A stretch of DNA of 64,000 bases, from the IMG/VR virus record IMGVR_UViG_3300025909_000005; one strand, written 5' to 3'. How positions within the stretch are numbered: position 1 is the first letter of the stretch; the number at the start of each line of letters is the position of its first letter. The position numbers were made by a program, and so were the translations under genes. Of this stretch, positions 54,070 through 62,626 are shown piece after piece. A model generated the notes under the pieces. It was not told the origin of the DNA. It ran no database searches and was given only the letters and a program-made list of their open reading frames with translations. The stretch is from a virus (Duplodnaviria; Caudoviricetes).

Positions 54070-54788
54070 AATCCGGTCGCAAGCACTACGTCATCAGCGA
54101 TGGCTCGCTGAGGGATGCCATTCGACACCATCGGCAGCGCCGCAAGTCGCTTGCAACTCCGATGAAACCGTGGGCGCGTGTCACGCTGGACGCGAACTAC
54201 AAGGTGGTCACTGGCCCAATCCAGATTCGCCAAGAAAACACGCGGTCTGGTATGGCACTGGCTGCGAAGAAGAACCGCGCCTGCATCTACCCGAAGCGAC
54301 CTCGCCTGCCGATGCAGAAAGCTTGGAGCGAGCGCATGAAGCCAGGCAATCAGAGCAGCGCGATCAGCCGATCATTTCGCATCAACTTCATGCCAACGAA
54401 GTCCATGCGTGACAAGCGGTACTACGACATCTTCCCTCTGTCGTACAACATTCCGCGATCGACTGCGCAGCACTTCGACAAGATCTTCATCGACCCGCGC
54501 AGCGAGTACAACCGCAAGAAGCAGTACGAGGCGTACATGAACCAGATCGTGGCAGACGGTCTGACGCGCACGCAGTTCAATTTTCGCCAGCGGGTGGAGG
54601 ACACGCGCCAGCGGTTGAGAGATGCTCAGGGCTTTGTCTTTGACGCCTCGAAGGAAGTAGAACACATAGAGGCTCAGTGCCCTCACGTGCTTGGCCCAAG
54701 CACAAATGGATCTGGCTTCGCGCCATGTCGCATCTGTGGCAGGGGCTTTGACGTGCAAACAATGCGGCCATGGCCGTCTGAAGGCTGA
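54066..54788 (+). CDS. basic hypothetical protein with C-terminal C/H Zn-finger
   Basis: CPH...CRICG. Confidence 0.55.
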   Translation: MKSGRKHYVISDGSLRDAIRHHRQRRKSLATPMKPWARVTLDANYKVVTGPIQIRQENTRSGMALAAKKNRACIYPKRPRLPMQKAWSERMKPGNQSSAISRSFRINFMPTKSMRDKRYYDIFPLSYNIPRSTAQHFDKIFIDPRSEYNRKKQYEAYMNQIVADGLTRTQFNFRQRVEDTRQRLRDAQGFVFDASKEVEHIEAQCPHVLGPSTNGSGFAPCRICGRGFDVQTMRPWPSEG

Positions 54789-54789
54789 C

Positions 54790-55101
54790 ATGAAAGGTGG
54801 ACCACAAGTGGTGAGCAAGCTCATCCCAACAAACACAGACCCGATCAAGGGAATGCTCGATCAGGAAATCAAGCCTGGCGATGCGGTGATCACCTTCACG
54901 AAGTACTACGGAGGTGCCAGGGTCTCGAAGGGAGTCTACCTCGGTTCACGTATCCTCTACATTCGTGGTGGCCGATGGGAAGAAACCCGCTACATCATCG
55001 AACGTGAAGAAGGAAAGCGTACTGAGGTGCACCACGCCAGCAACATCGTGCTTGCGAACACCCCACTGGCCGACCTTGATGGCGTAGGAGTCGGCTCTTA
55101 A
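54790..55101 (+). CDS. hypothetical protein
   Basis: Start corrected to 54790. Confidence 0.55.
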   Translation: MKGGPQVVSKLIPTNTDPIKGMLDQEIKPGDAVITFTKYYGGARVSKGVYLGSRILYIRGGRWEETRYIIEREEGKRTEVHHASNIVLANTPLADLDGVGVGS

Positions 55102-55691
55102 TCGTTCGGGTTGATCAGGATCGTCGGCGCGATGCCGTGCTTCTGGAACAGAACGTTACGCAGCATACCTGGGCTCAGTGTCGTCGTGTCAAACGAAAGA
55201 CCACCTGCTTCCCATGCACGTGCAGCCGTCTCAGAGCAGACTGCGCCTGACGTCGACGTGTGAACGTTGTCGTAGCCGAAGAACTCCTTCAGCGCAATCT
55301 TGGGCAGGTCTAGGAAGGAGTATGGAGTGCCAATGCCACTGAGCATGTACTCCTCTACCTTACGTTCATCGACAGAGTCAGGACGTGGCGTCACCTCGAA
55401 CTTGTGGTCCTTGAAGTGTTCCATCTTCATGAGTCGACGGCCGATACCGATTGCCTCGCAGCAGTAGAGGTACTTCTCACCTGTGCCCGACGTCATCCAC
55501 AGGGCGATGGCGCTGTGGAAGATCTTGGAACCACAGCCGTAGAGGATAGGTACCGTTGTGCAGCGGTGCAGCCAAGAGTCCTCGTGAGTGTCAAAGAACG
55601 AGAGGAGATCCCCGTTCTTGATCATGTCAACGCCGACGGCGAACGAGACTTGAACGGCTGGTGTTGGAGCAGTGGGAGAGAGCACTGACAT
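55098..55691 (-). CDS. permuted papain-like NlpC/P60 (YiiX/YaeF-type) enzyme
   Basis: GDLLSF, FHSAIA (His first), IGTPYS, VCSE (Cys last). Confidence 0.8.
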   Translation of the reverse strand: MSVLSPTAPTPAVQVSFAVGVDMIKNGDLLSFFDTHEDSWLHRCTTVPILYGCGSKIFHSAIALWMTSGTGEKYLYCCEAIGIGRRLMKMEHFKDHKFEVTPRPDSVDERKVEEYMLSGIGTPYSFLDLPKIALKEFFGYDNVHTSTSGAVCSETAARAWEAGGLSFDTTTLSPGMLRNVLFQKHGIAPTILINPND

Positions 55692-55702
55692 AGGAAGGCC
55701 TT

Positions 55703-57289
55703 TTACAAAGATTGGACATATGCAAGAGACGCTCGTGCGCGCTTGAGCCAGCCAGCCAGATACTTGATCCGGTTAGGGTTCTTCGTGACAATGTTCTGCA
55801 TGAACTTGACGCGTGCCGTAGCCAGAGCCACGGCCGAGTCAGCATCACTGAGGGCGGCGATGTTCGCGTCCCTTAGAATGCTCGCGGCATTTCCATTTCC
55901 ATGGAGATAGTTGCAGTCGAAGAGCATGATTGCCGTCTTCGGCTTTGACGTTGCCAGGTCTGCAGGACCGTGGTTCAGCCAGTAGTTGTTGTAGCCGGTC
56001 TTCTTTGCAGGGTCATAGGGCATGGTCGTCACCTTGATAGATGGGTTCGGGCCCTGTGCGATGCCAAACTTCGTCTCACCACCTGGGAAGTTAGGTGTGT
56101 TGACGTAGCCGTCCTTCTTCTGTTGTGCTGTTGTTTCGATCAGACCAGCGGCAATCTCTGGATCTGAGGGTGAGCTTTGGGTCCACGCCGGACCAACCTC
56201 GTAGGTCATCGTGAAGTACCATGCACGCTCGAATGGATCCGTGATTGGTGACGATGGAACGTCAACAGGATCTGGAGCAGATGGGTCTCGTGGGTAATCT
56301 GGGCCAAAGGCCGCGCAGCCGTTCTGCTTTGCGTCTACGGTCTGCGGTGTGAGAACGCCGTTTTGAGTTTGAGGGGTGATCGTGCCCTTCGCGGTGTTGT
56401 CTGGGTTCGTGGCCTGTGCGACCTTGACCTGGCCACGAATGTACGGCAGTGGGTCAGTGATCATGCCGCTTGGCAAGAACATCTGGAAGTGGAGGTGCGG
56501 GCCCGTGGAAACACCGGTGTTGCCTTCCTTGCCGATCTTCTGACCAGCTACGACCTTCTGATCCTGCGCCACGTAGATCGAATCCAAGTGGCAGTACATC
56601 GTCGTGCAGAGGTGCTTACCTTGGCCGTTCAGGTGCTTGACCTTGATGTAGTTGCCTTCTGCACCACCTTGACCAGCAAAGATCACGACACCATCCGCGG
56701 CAGCAAGCACGTCGGCAGGCGGCAGCGGCTTCACAGAGAAGTCCACGCCATGGTGGTTGCTCGAGGCGCCAGTCGTTGGTGAGACACGAGGACCGAAGCG
56801 AGAGCTCACGTGCGCACCAGGCAGCGGGTGGACGAACGTGATGTCGTTCTTGCCAGTGCTTGGAGTTGCCGAGAAGGTGAAGGAGCGTGAGTCAACTACG
56901 CCTGCGTCGTCTGAGACGGTGACGAGCAGCGTGATTGGCTTGCCTTGAGCAGAGAGTGGGAACGTACCTGAGAGCAGACCTTGCGGGGTGAGCGTGATGC
57001 CTGACCAGCTTTGATCCATCGTCCAAGTCAGGTTGATGCTGTCAGAGCCAGGCGTCATCGTGAACTGCACGCTGACCGAGCAGTCAGCATGAACAGGAAT
57101 CTCGGTGTTCAGGATCTTGTTCTTCGGGTAGTCTGTCTTGTCGTCAAGCAGACCCGTGTCATTGCCAGACCGGGCCGCGTAGCAGTCAGCGCTCTCTCCT
57201 GGAAGGATCGAGGTGTCCTGTGCGTGGTAGTCAGCGTTGCTTGACCCACCGACAGAAATCTTGGGAACTTCTGGGCAGCACGCGGCCAT
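55703..57289 (-). CDS. modular peptidoglycan hydrolase: Ig-like + M23 peptidase + GH108 lysozyme
   Basis: GLLSGT Ig motif; HHGVDF, YCHL, STGPHLHF; GYVNTPNFPGGETKFGI, KYLAGWLKR. Confidence 0.85.
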   Translation of the reverse strand: MAACCPEVPKISVGGSSNADYHAQDTSILPGESADCYAARSGNDTGLLDDKTDYPKNKILNTEIPVHADCSVSVQFTMTPGSDSINLTWTMDQSWSGITLTPQGLLSGTFPLSAQGKPITLLVTVSDDAGVVDSRSFTFSATPSTGKNDITFVHPLPGAHVSSRFGPRVSPTTGASSNHHGVDFSVKPLPPADVLAAADGVVIFAGQGGAEGNYIKVKHLNGQGKHLCTTMYCHLDSIYVAQDQKVVAGQKIGKEGNTGVSTGPHLHFQMFLPSGMITDPLPYIRGQVKVAQATNPDNTAKGTITPQTQNGVLTPQTVDAKQNGCAAFGPDYPRDPSAPDPVDVPSSPITDPFERAWYFTMTYEVGPAWTQSSPSDPEIAAGLIETTAQQKKDGYVNTPNFPGGETKFGIAQGPNPSIKVTTMPYDPAKKTGYNNYWLNHGPADLATSKPKTAIMLFDCNYLHGNGNAASILRDANIAALSDADSAVALATARVKFMQNIVTKNPNRIKYLAGWLKRARASLAYVQSL

Positions 57290-57679
57290 TTAGTGAACCT
57301 TAGTAGGCTTCATCTGAATTGTGATCCATGCAATACGAGGACCCTCTGAAAAGTGCATGCTCATGTGAAGTGGCAGACTTTTCTGTAGGTCCTTTATTGC
57401 TGCGCGGAGGCTCGCCTGCATGTCAACATCGTCTGAAACAGCGGTAACTTTTAGAGTTTGCGAGTCATGATCTTTCTCGTGGCGTGCTGACGTTCCAGCG
57501 TCGCTGTACGTGTCGTCCAGGAGTAGATTGTATTTTCGAAGAATCTTGCGCGCGCCCTTAGTCATCTCAACACCCCACTTGTCGAGACGACCAGTGAAGT
57601 GACCAAATTCTTCAGGTGCGTTCTCGTCGTAGTCCTTCGAGAGATCCTTCAGGCCTTCAAGAAGCTCATCAAGTTTCAT
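57290..57679 (-). CDS. candidate head internal protein
   Basis: MKLDELLEGLKDLSKDYD matches leaders of 37598 and 41594. Confidence 0.55.
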   Translation of the reverse strand: MKLDELLEGLKDLSKDYDENAPEEFGHFTGRLDKWGVEMTKGARKILRKYNLLLDDTYSDAGTSARHEKDHDSQTLKVTAVSDDVDMQASLRAAIKDLQKSLPLHMSMHFSEGPRIAWITIQMKPTKVH

Positions 57680-58107
57680 TGTCCACGCAGGCGTTGAAGT
57701 GCGTTTGCGAAGCGAGAAGTTGGAGCAGATGCGGCTGAGGCAGGAAGAGCGGTCGTCTGTGGACGAATCACACGGCCTGCAGTTGGAGTCGGTGTGGCAA
57801 GCGGTGTAACCGGCTGCATCGTGCCTGCTTCTGCGGTAGTCACTGGCTTCTCGTAGAAGTTGACCAGAGTCTGGACCATCGCCTCTAGGTTTGCCACGTA
57901 CTCTTCCGTGTTGTTGATGAACTCAGCCACCTGCGAGTTGGTCGCGGTCTTTGGGTTCTGTAGCGTCGGTGGAAGAGGAGGCAGAGTCTTGAGGACGTCA
58001 GGTGCAGTGCGCACCACGTAGTGGGCGTCTAGCAGAACCTGAGTGTCAGGCTTCGTTGCGCAACCAGCGAGGGCTGCGACGGTTAGAAGTGAGATGAGGA
58101 GCTTCAT
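57676..58107 (-). CDS. o-spanin (lipoprotein)
   Basis: Lipobox LAGC, Pro-rich; 4-nt overlap with i-spanin. Confidence 0.75.
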   Translation of the reverse strand: MKLLISLLTVAALAGCATKPDTQVLLDAHYVVRTAPDVLKTLPPLPPTLQNPKTATNSQVAEFINNTEEYVANLEAMVQTLVNFYEKPVTTAEAGTMQPVTPLATPTPTAGRVIRPQTTALPASAASAPTSRFANALQRLRGQ

Positions 58108-58568
58108 TCTTTGATCCTTGCTGACGTGGCCGGGGCCGCGTTCTGGGTATCTGGCAAGCCACGACGCATGAAGCGATCGGACTGAACTGCCTGAATCATG
58201 TTGCCAACGACAGGTGCAGCTTGAGCTGCATTGGCTGGAACACCAGCACCTTGGGTGATGATCACCTGACGTGTCTGGCTGTTGGCATGGTTCGTGTCCT
58301 TAGCGGACTGCAGCGTATTTAGCGCGTCGTTGATGTTCTGCTTTTCCTGATTCAGGTTGGCGATGACAACTTCGTTGTCCTTGTTCGCCTGAATGGCCTT
58401 GTCAAGTTGGCCTTGGATCTCAGTGGCGTGAGCGACAGCTACGTCTCGAGCATTCTGGGCAGAGGTTGCCTGGTGCTTCAGGACAGCGATGTAACCGCCA
58501 AGCGCGATTAGCAACGCCAGGATTGCGAGGCCCTTGACGCCCCCAATCAGTGCTAGAAAAGCTGTCAT
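58104..58568 (-). CDS. i-spanin
   Basis: N-terminal TM then coiled coil; AGGAG SD, start corrected to 58568. Confidence 0.75.
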   Translation of the reverse strand: MTAFLALIGGVKGLAILALLIALGGYIAVLKHQATSAQNARDVAVAHATEIQGQLDKAIQANKDNEVVIANLNQEKQNINDALNTLQSAKDTNHANSQTRQVIITQGAGVPANAAQAAPVVGNMIQAVQSDRFMRRGLPDTQNAAPATSARIKE

Positions 58569-58583
58569 TCTCAATCTCCTATG

Positions 58584-58865
58584 TTATGGCGAAGTGACCG
58601 TGGTTGTCGCAGTCGACTTCGTTGAGTCTTGTGTGCTCGTGTTCAGGACTGACTTGTCTTGGCCGTAGAGTGAGACCGAGCCCGTCACTGGAATGGAAAA
58701 GCTGACGACGATGGTGTTCGCGTCAGAGTAGGTGATGGACAGCGGGAGAATCTTCTCCCGTCCGCCATTGTAGTCGACGATGACGTCAGAAATTGGATAG
58801 CCGTTCAGGTTGTGAGCGACTGTCCAGGTGTCTGAGGCCGAGGTTTGATTGAAGGTGTAAATCAT
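58584..58865 (-). CDS. single HNL-module protein
   Basis: SDTWTVAHNLN..P...DANTIVVSF..PVTG. Confidence 0.7.
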   Translation of the reverse strand: MIYTFNQTSASDTWTVAHNLNGYPISDVIVDYNGGREKILPLSITYSDANTIVVSFSIPVTGSVSLYGQDKSVLNTSTQDSTKSTATTTVTSP

Positions 58866-59083
58866 CCAGCCACCGTTGCAAAACCCGTTTCGGGAGCTGA
58901 GAAGCCCAACGTCACGGTGTTGTTGTCGACGAATGTAACCGTCTCGGGGAGCACCTTCTGAACGGTGTCGTCAGGTGCCGTTGTGTACACGTCAATCACT
59001 GGGTACGTGCCTAGATTGTGAACGATGGTCCATGTATCTGAAGCGACGTCCTGGACGTGCTTGTAGAGCATGATAGGGCGCAT
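58862..59083 (-). CDS. single HNL-module protein
   Basis: SDTWTIVHNLG.YP...DNNTVTLGF..PETG. Confidence 0.7.
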   Translation of the reverse strand: MRPIMLYKHVQDVASDTWTIVHNLGTYPVIDVYTTAPDDTVQKVLPETVTFVDNNTVTLGFSAPETGFATVAG

Positions 59084-59084
59084 G

Positions 59085-59687
59085 TTAGATCAGCTTAGCA
59101 ATGCCTGTGTAGGCCTGTGAAAACGCGATCACGAGCTCGTTGTTGGACAGGTGCGTGATCGATTGTGGCTGAACCTCTTGATTGCCAATGAAGACGCGCA
59201 CGATCGGTTCGCGACCGAGGTTGTGCACGATGTCCCATGAAGCCGAGGCGACAGTCTGTTCGTAGATGAATGAGTATGTCGGCTTGGTATTGCCATCGTT
59301 GTGGCCAGTGAGAACGATCGCGCGGCCTGTGATGGCGGTGCTGAACGTAACGGTCACTTGGTTGGCGTCGTCGATGGTGACGGAATTTGGAATGAGAACC
59401 TGGTTGTTCACGTCGAAGATCTGAACCTGAACCGAGGTCGTGTTGAGGTCGTGAGGAATGACCCACGTGTCAGAGGCCGAAGTCACCGTGTACGTAAACA
59501 GGGTGATCTCACGGGTGAGTGGGACCCACACAGGAAGAGCATCCGCAATGCTCACGCAGATGTAGAGAATGCTGTTGCAGAAAGCAAGTCGACCCACCTT
59601 TGGGTTCGCAGGGAATGCGGTTTCAACAGGAATGACGGCCTGCTGGAGTTCGTTTTGCTGGAGGTTGGCGTTACCGTAGAACTTCAT
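59085..59687 (-). CDS. double HNL-module protein
   Basis: Two modules (HDLN and HNLG); minus TAAATA 59722-59727, AAGGA SD. Confidence 0.7.
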   Translation of the reverse strand: MKFYGNANLQQNELQQAVIPVETAFPANPKVGRLAFCNSILYICVSIADALPVWVPLTREITLFTYTVTSASDTWVIPHDLNTTSVQVQIFDVNNQVLIPNSVTIDDANQVTVTFSTAITGRAIVLTGHNDGNTKPTYSFIYEQTVASASWDIVHNLGREPIVRVFIGNQEVQPQSITHLSNNELVIAFSQAYTGIAKLI

Positions 59688-59741
59688 TTCTTGTCCTTAG
59701 ATGGGCATGGGTTAGACTGGCTATTTATGGGGACGAGCATG

Positions 59742-59770
59742 AAAAAGGGCTGAAGATTTCTCTTCAGCCC
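59742..59770 (-). terminator. rho-independent terminator
   Basis: GGGCTGAAGA-GAAA-TCTTCAGCCC then TTTTT on minus strand. Confidence 0.9.
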
Positions 59771-59790
59771 TGATCTAGAAGTCTAGTGAC

Positions 59791-62322
59791 TTAGGCGTTC
59801 AGGCCCATGACAACGACCTTGCAGGCGATTGCCGAGTTGAACGTGACAGTCAGAGCATTGGCGCTCGTGAAGACGATCGATTCTGGAATGACGACGTTGT
59901 CGGTTGCATCCACAACGGTGACGTTGCAGTACTGTTGGCCCAGGTTGTGGGTAACGGTGTGCGACGAAGCCGAAGCACCAGTGTACAGGAAGTACATTGG
60001 CTTGTTGGTGAAGGCGCCACCCGAGTAGACGAGTGCATCACCGGTTGCTGGGGACGAGAGCGAAACGTCCGACAGCGAGGTGAGGTCCTTCTGAACCAGC
60101 GAAACTGCACCAGAGGTAACATCGAAGTCAGTCGACGAGAAGCTTGCGACACCCTTGACAGATGTCGTAGCATCACGAACCGAGATCGAGAGCGTGGTGC
60201 CCGTGACGTCGGTCGTAACTTCATCTGTTCCACCAACAATGGCGATCGAGTCGCCAAGGTTGACAGTGTCGGAACCAGTCGTACCCGTGACAGTGATCGT
60301 CGAGTTGGCCAGCTGAGCGTTCGAGACGCCAGCATCGCTGATCGTGACGTCACCGGCGGTAACCGTGAACGAAGCCGTATTGAACTTTGCGACGCCCTTC
60401 TGAGTTGCCGAAGCGTCGTCAGCAGAGATCGTGACAGTCTGACCCGAGACTGAGGTCGTGATACCAGCAGTCGACGTACCAGCGATCTCGAGTGTCTGGC
60501 CAAGGGCCAGTGTCGAGGTGCCAGTGTCGCCGTTCAGGCCAACAGAGCTGTTTGCCAGCATCGCGTTTGAGACACCGCTTGCGGCGATGTACAGACCACG
60601 AGCAGCTTGTGCCAGGCCCGAGGTGCCATCCGTGAGGAGGGCGAGCTGAGCATCAGCGCTGGTCGAACGGGTCGAACCGTCCGTGGTCAGTGCGATACCA
60701 CCAGTCGTTGGGTTGTAGAGGTCAAGACCAACGTCAGCCGTTGGCAGTTCCGCGATACCGGCACCGAGGGCGACCGAGACCGTGTTGCCAGAGACCGAGA
60801 GACCAGTGCCGAAGCTGTAGATCTGCGAGCCAGAGAACTGCGAGTAGGCGAGAGCTGTCGTACCGAGCGTGACGCCAGATGCGGTCTGAACCCATGCGGT
60901 GTCAGCCTGCGACGTACCTTGCTGGACGAAGACCGATTCACCGTCGACTTCCGCAGCAGAGTCGGAGTCAGTTGCACGGACCCATGCACCAGCGTGGGCG
61001 ACGTAAATGCCGTTCTGAGCAGCGGCTGTTTGGTTCTTGACAAGGACGCGGTCACCATCAACCAGGGTAACGCCATCGACGGTCAGGAGACCACCAGTTG
61101 CGAGGTCAACGTTTGCCGTGGTTGCTGCCTTGACAGCTGTCTTCCAAGAAAGACCAGCGGCGACCGAGTCAACGTAGGCCTTGTTGGCTGCGTCTGTGTC
61201 GTTGGTTGGAGCTGCGACAGAAAGAACCGAGTTGCCACCCATGTTGAGGTTGCCGGTCATCGTGTCGCCAGCGACGTTCACGTACGTGGCGTCAACGAGA
61301 GCAGTGATGTCAGCAGCAACAACTGGAGTGTTGCCAGTCACGCGACCGAAGCCGTCGAGAGTAACCTTGACGAAGTCGCCAGACGAAGCTTGCGAAACGG
61401 TGTCGAGATCAACAGTTGTGTCAGAAGCAACGCCGTCACCGTTCGTGACAACCGTGTTGCCTGCAACGCCAGTGATGGAGCGCGTGGTTGCCGTGCCGTC
61501 ACCAGTGCGGACGACGTAGCCAGTGGTCGTGAGACCTTCAAGAGCTGCGAGGTCGTTGGCAAGTGCGAACGTTGGGTTGCCAGCGAGACCAGCCGGATTC
61601 GTGATCGTGAGGCCTGCTGCAGGAGCAGTGAGCGTACGAGCGTTGAACGTGTCAGCAGCTGTCTGGACGATGATGCCCGTCGTTGCAAGAGCGGCCAGAG
61701 AACCGAGACCTGCGTCGGAAGCTTGCTTGCCATCAAGCTGATCTTGGATGGCAGAGGTAACGCCAGTGACGTAGTTGAGTTCGGTTGTCGAGACCGTTGC
61801 GCCGTCGAGGATGTTCAGCTCAGCGGCAGAAGCCGTGACGCCGTTGATGTCGGTGGTTGCGAGGGTGTGGTTGACCCACTTGGTACCGTTGTACTCGAGG
61901 AACTGACCAGACGTTGGCGTGGTGAGCGTAACGTCGAGGAGTTCAGAGAGCTGGTCTTTGCCAGAGATAGCTGCGTCAAGCTGAGCAAGAACGTCAGAAA
62001 TGCTGGTTGGATTCGTTACGTTGGTGAACGTAACGCCACCAACGTTCAGGGTGCCATCGGTATTGACGAGGGCGCCAAGAGCTGTTTCGATTGCATCGAC
62101 TTCGGTCTGCAGAGCAGCAGCGTTACCGCCAGTTGCCAGTGCAATCCAAGAAGTTGCACCGCCGAGGTAGATGACCTGGGTGCCAGTGATGTAGACGAGA
62201 CGGCCAACGTCGCCCGAGCCTGCGCCTGCGTGTGTTGGCAGGGATGAGAGCTTCTCGAGGCGTAGGTTCTCAATCTGTGAGAGGGCCGACGCGTCAAAGG
62301 AAAGCTTACCATTGATTTTCAT
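59791..62322 (-). CDS. long fibre/whisker-like virion protein with C-terminal HNL module
   Basis: KAATTANV..TVDGV...GDRVLVKNQT..QNGIY fibre domain; LSDV repeats; AGGAG SD. Confidence 0.8.
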   Translation of the reverse strand: MKINGKLSFDASALSQIENLRLEKLSSLPTHAGAGSGDVGRLVYITGTQVIYLGGATSWIALATGGNAAALQTEVDAIETALGALVNTDGTLNVGGVTFTNVTNPTSISDVLAQLDAAISGKDQLSELLDVTLTTPTSGQFLEYNGTKWVNHTLATTDINGVTASAAELNILDGATVSTTELNYVTGVTSAIQDQLDGKQASDAGLGSLAALATTGIIVQTAADTFNARTLTAPAAGLTITNPAGLAGNPTFALANDLAALEGLTTTGYVVRTGDGTATTRSITGVAGNTVVTNGDGVASDTTVDLDTVSQASSGDFVKVTLDGFGRVTGNTPVVAADITALVDATYVNVAGDTMTGNLNMGGNSVLSVAAPTNDTDAANKAYVDSVAAGLSWKTAVKAATTANVDLATGGLLTVDGVTLVDGDRVLVKNQTAAAQNGIYVAHAGAWVRATDSDSAAEVDGESVFVQQGTSQADTAWVQTASGVTLGTTALAYSQFSGSQIYSFGTGLSVSGNTVSVALGAGIAELPTADVGLDLYNPTTGGIALTTDGSTRSTSADAQLALLTDGTSGLAQAARGLYIAASGVSNAMLANSSVGLNGDTGTSTLALGQTLEIAGTSTAGITTSVSGQTVTISADDASATQKGVAKFNTASFTVTAGDVTISDAGVSNAQLANSTITVTGTTGSDTVNLGDSIAIVGGTDEVTTDVTGTTLSISVRDATTSVKGVASFSSTDFDVTSGAVSLVQKDLTSLSDVSLSSPATGDALVYSGGAFTNKPMYFLYTGASASSHTVTHNLGQQYCNVTVVDATDNVVIPESIVFTSANALTVTFNSAIACKVVVMGLNA

Positions 62323-62342
62323 AGTGTCTCCTGGGACCTAGG

Positions 62343-62570
62343 TTAGATGATCCGACGTGTAGCCGTCGTGAGTGCCTTAATGGCGTTATTGAATGAAACC
62401 GGTTCAACTAGGCACTTGCCCAAGTCGAAGTCGCTTAGAACGCTGTCATCGACGTCTGCAAAGCAGAAGATTCCTCGGTTGCCCTGCTTCTCGATGCGAT
62501 CCAGCTTGAAGTTCTTCACCTTCAAGGATGCTGCCAGGACGATGTCTGATGTTTCGATGTGGCGCTTCAT
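62343..62570 (-). CDS. DUF5659-like small protein
   Basis: ETSDIVLAASL, F.F, VEPVSF...IK pattern; minus TAAATA 62602-62607. Confidence 0.6.
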   Translation of the reverse strand: MKRHIETSDIVLAASLKVKNFKLDRIEKQGNRGIFCFADVDDSVLSDFDLGKCLVEPVSFNNAIKALTTATRRII

Positions 62571-62626
62571 GCCGCTTCCAGTCTGTTTTCTATGTCGAAC
62601 CTATTTATGGGCAGACCTTAGAAAAC

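Noticed and set aside
60607-62247. 546-aa plus-strand ORF (also 14894-15736 and 62528-63544)
   Set aside because: Antisense shadows of well-supported genes with biased codons
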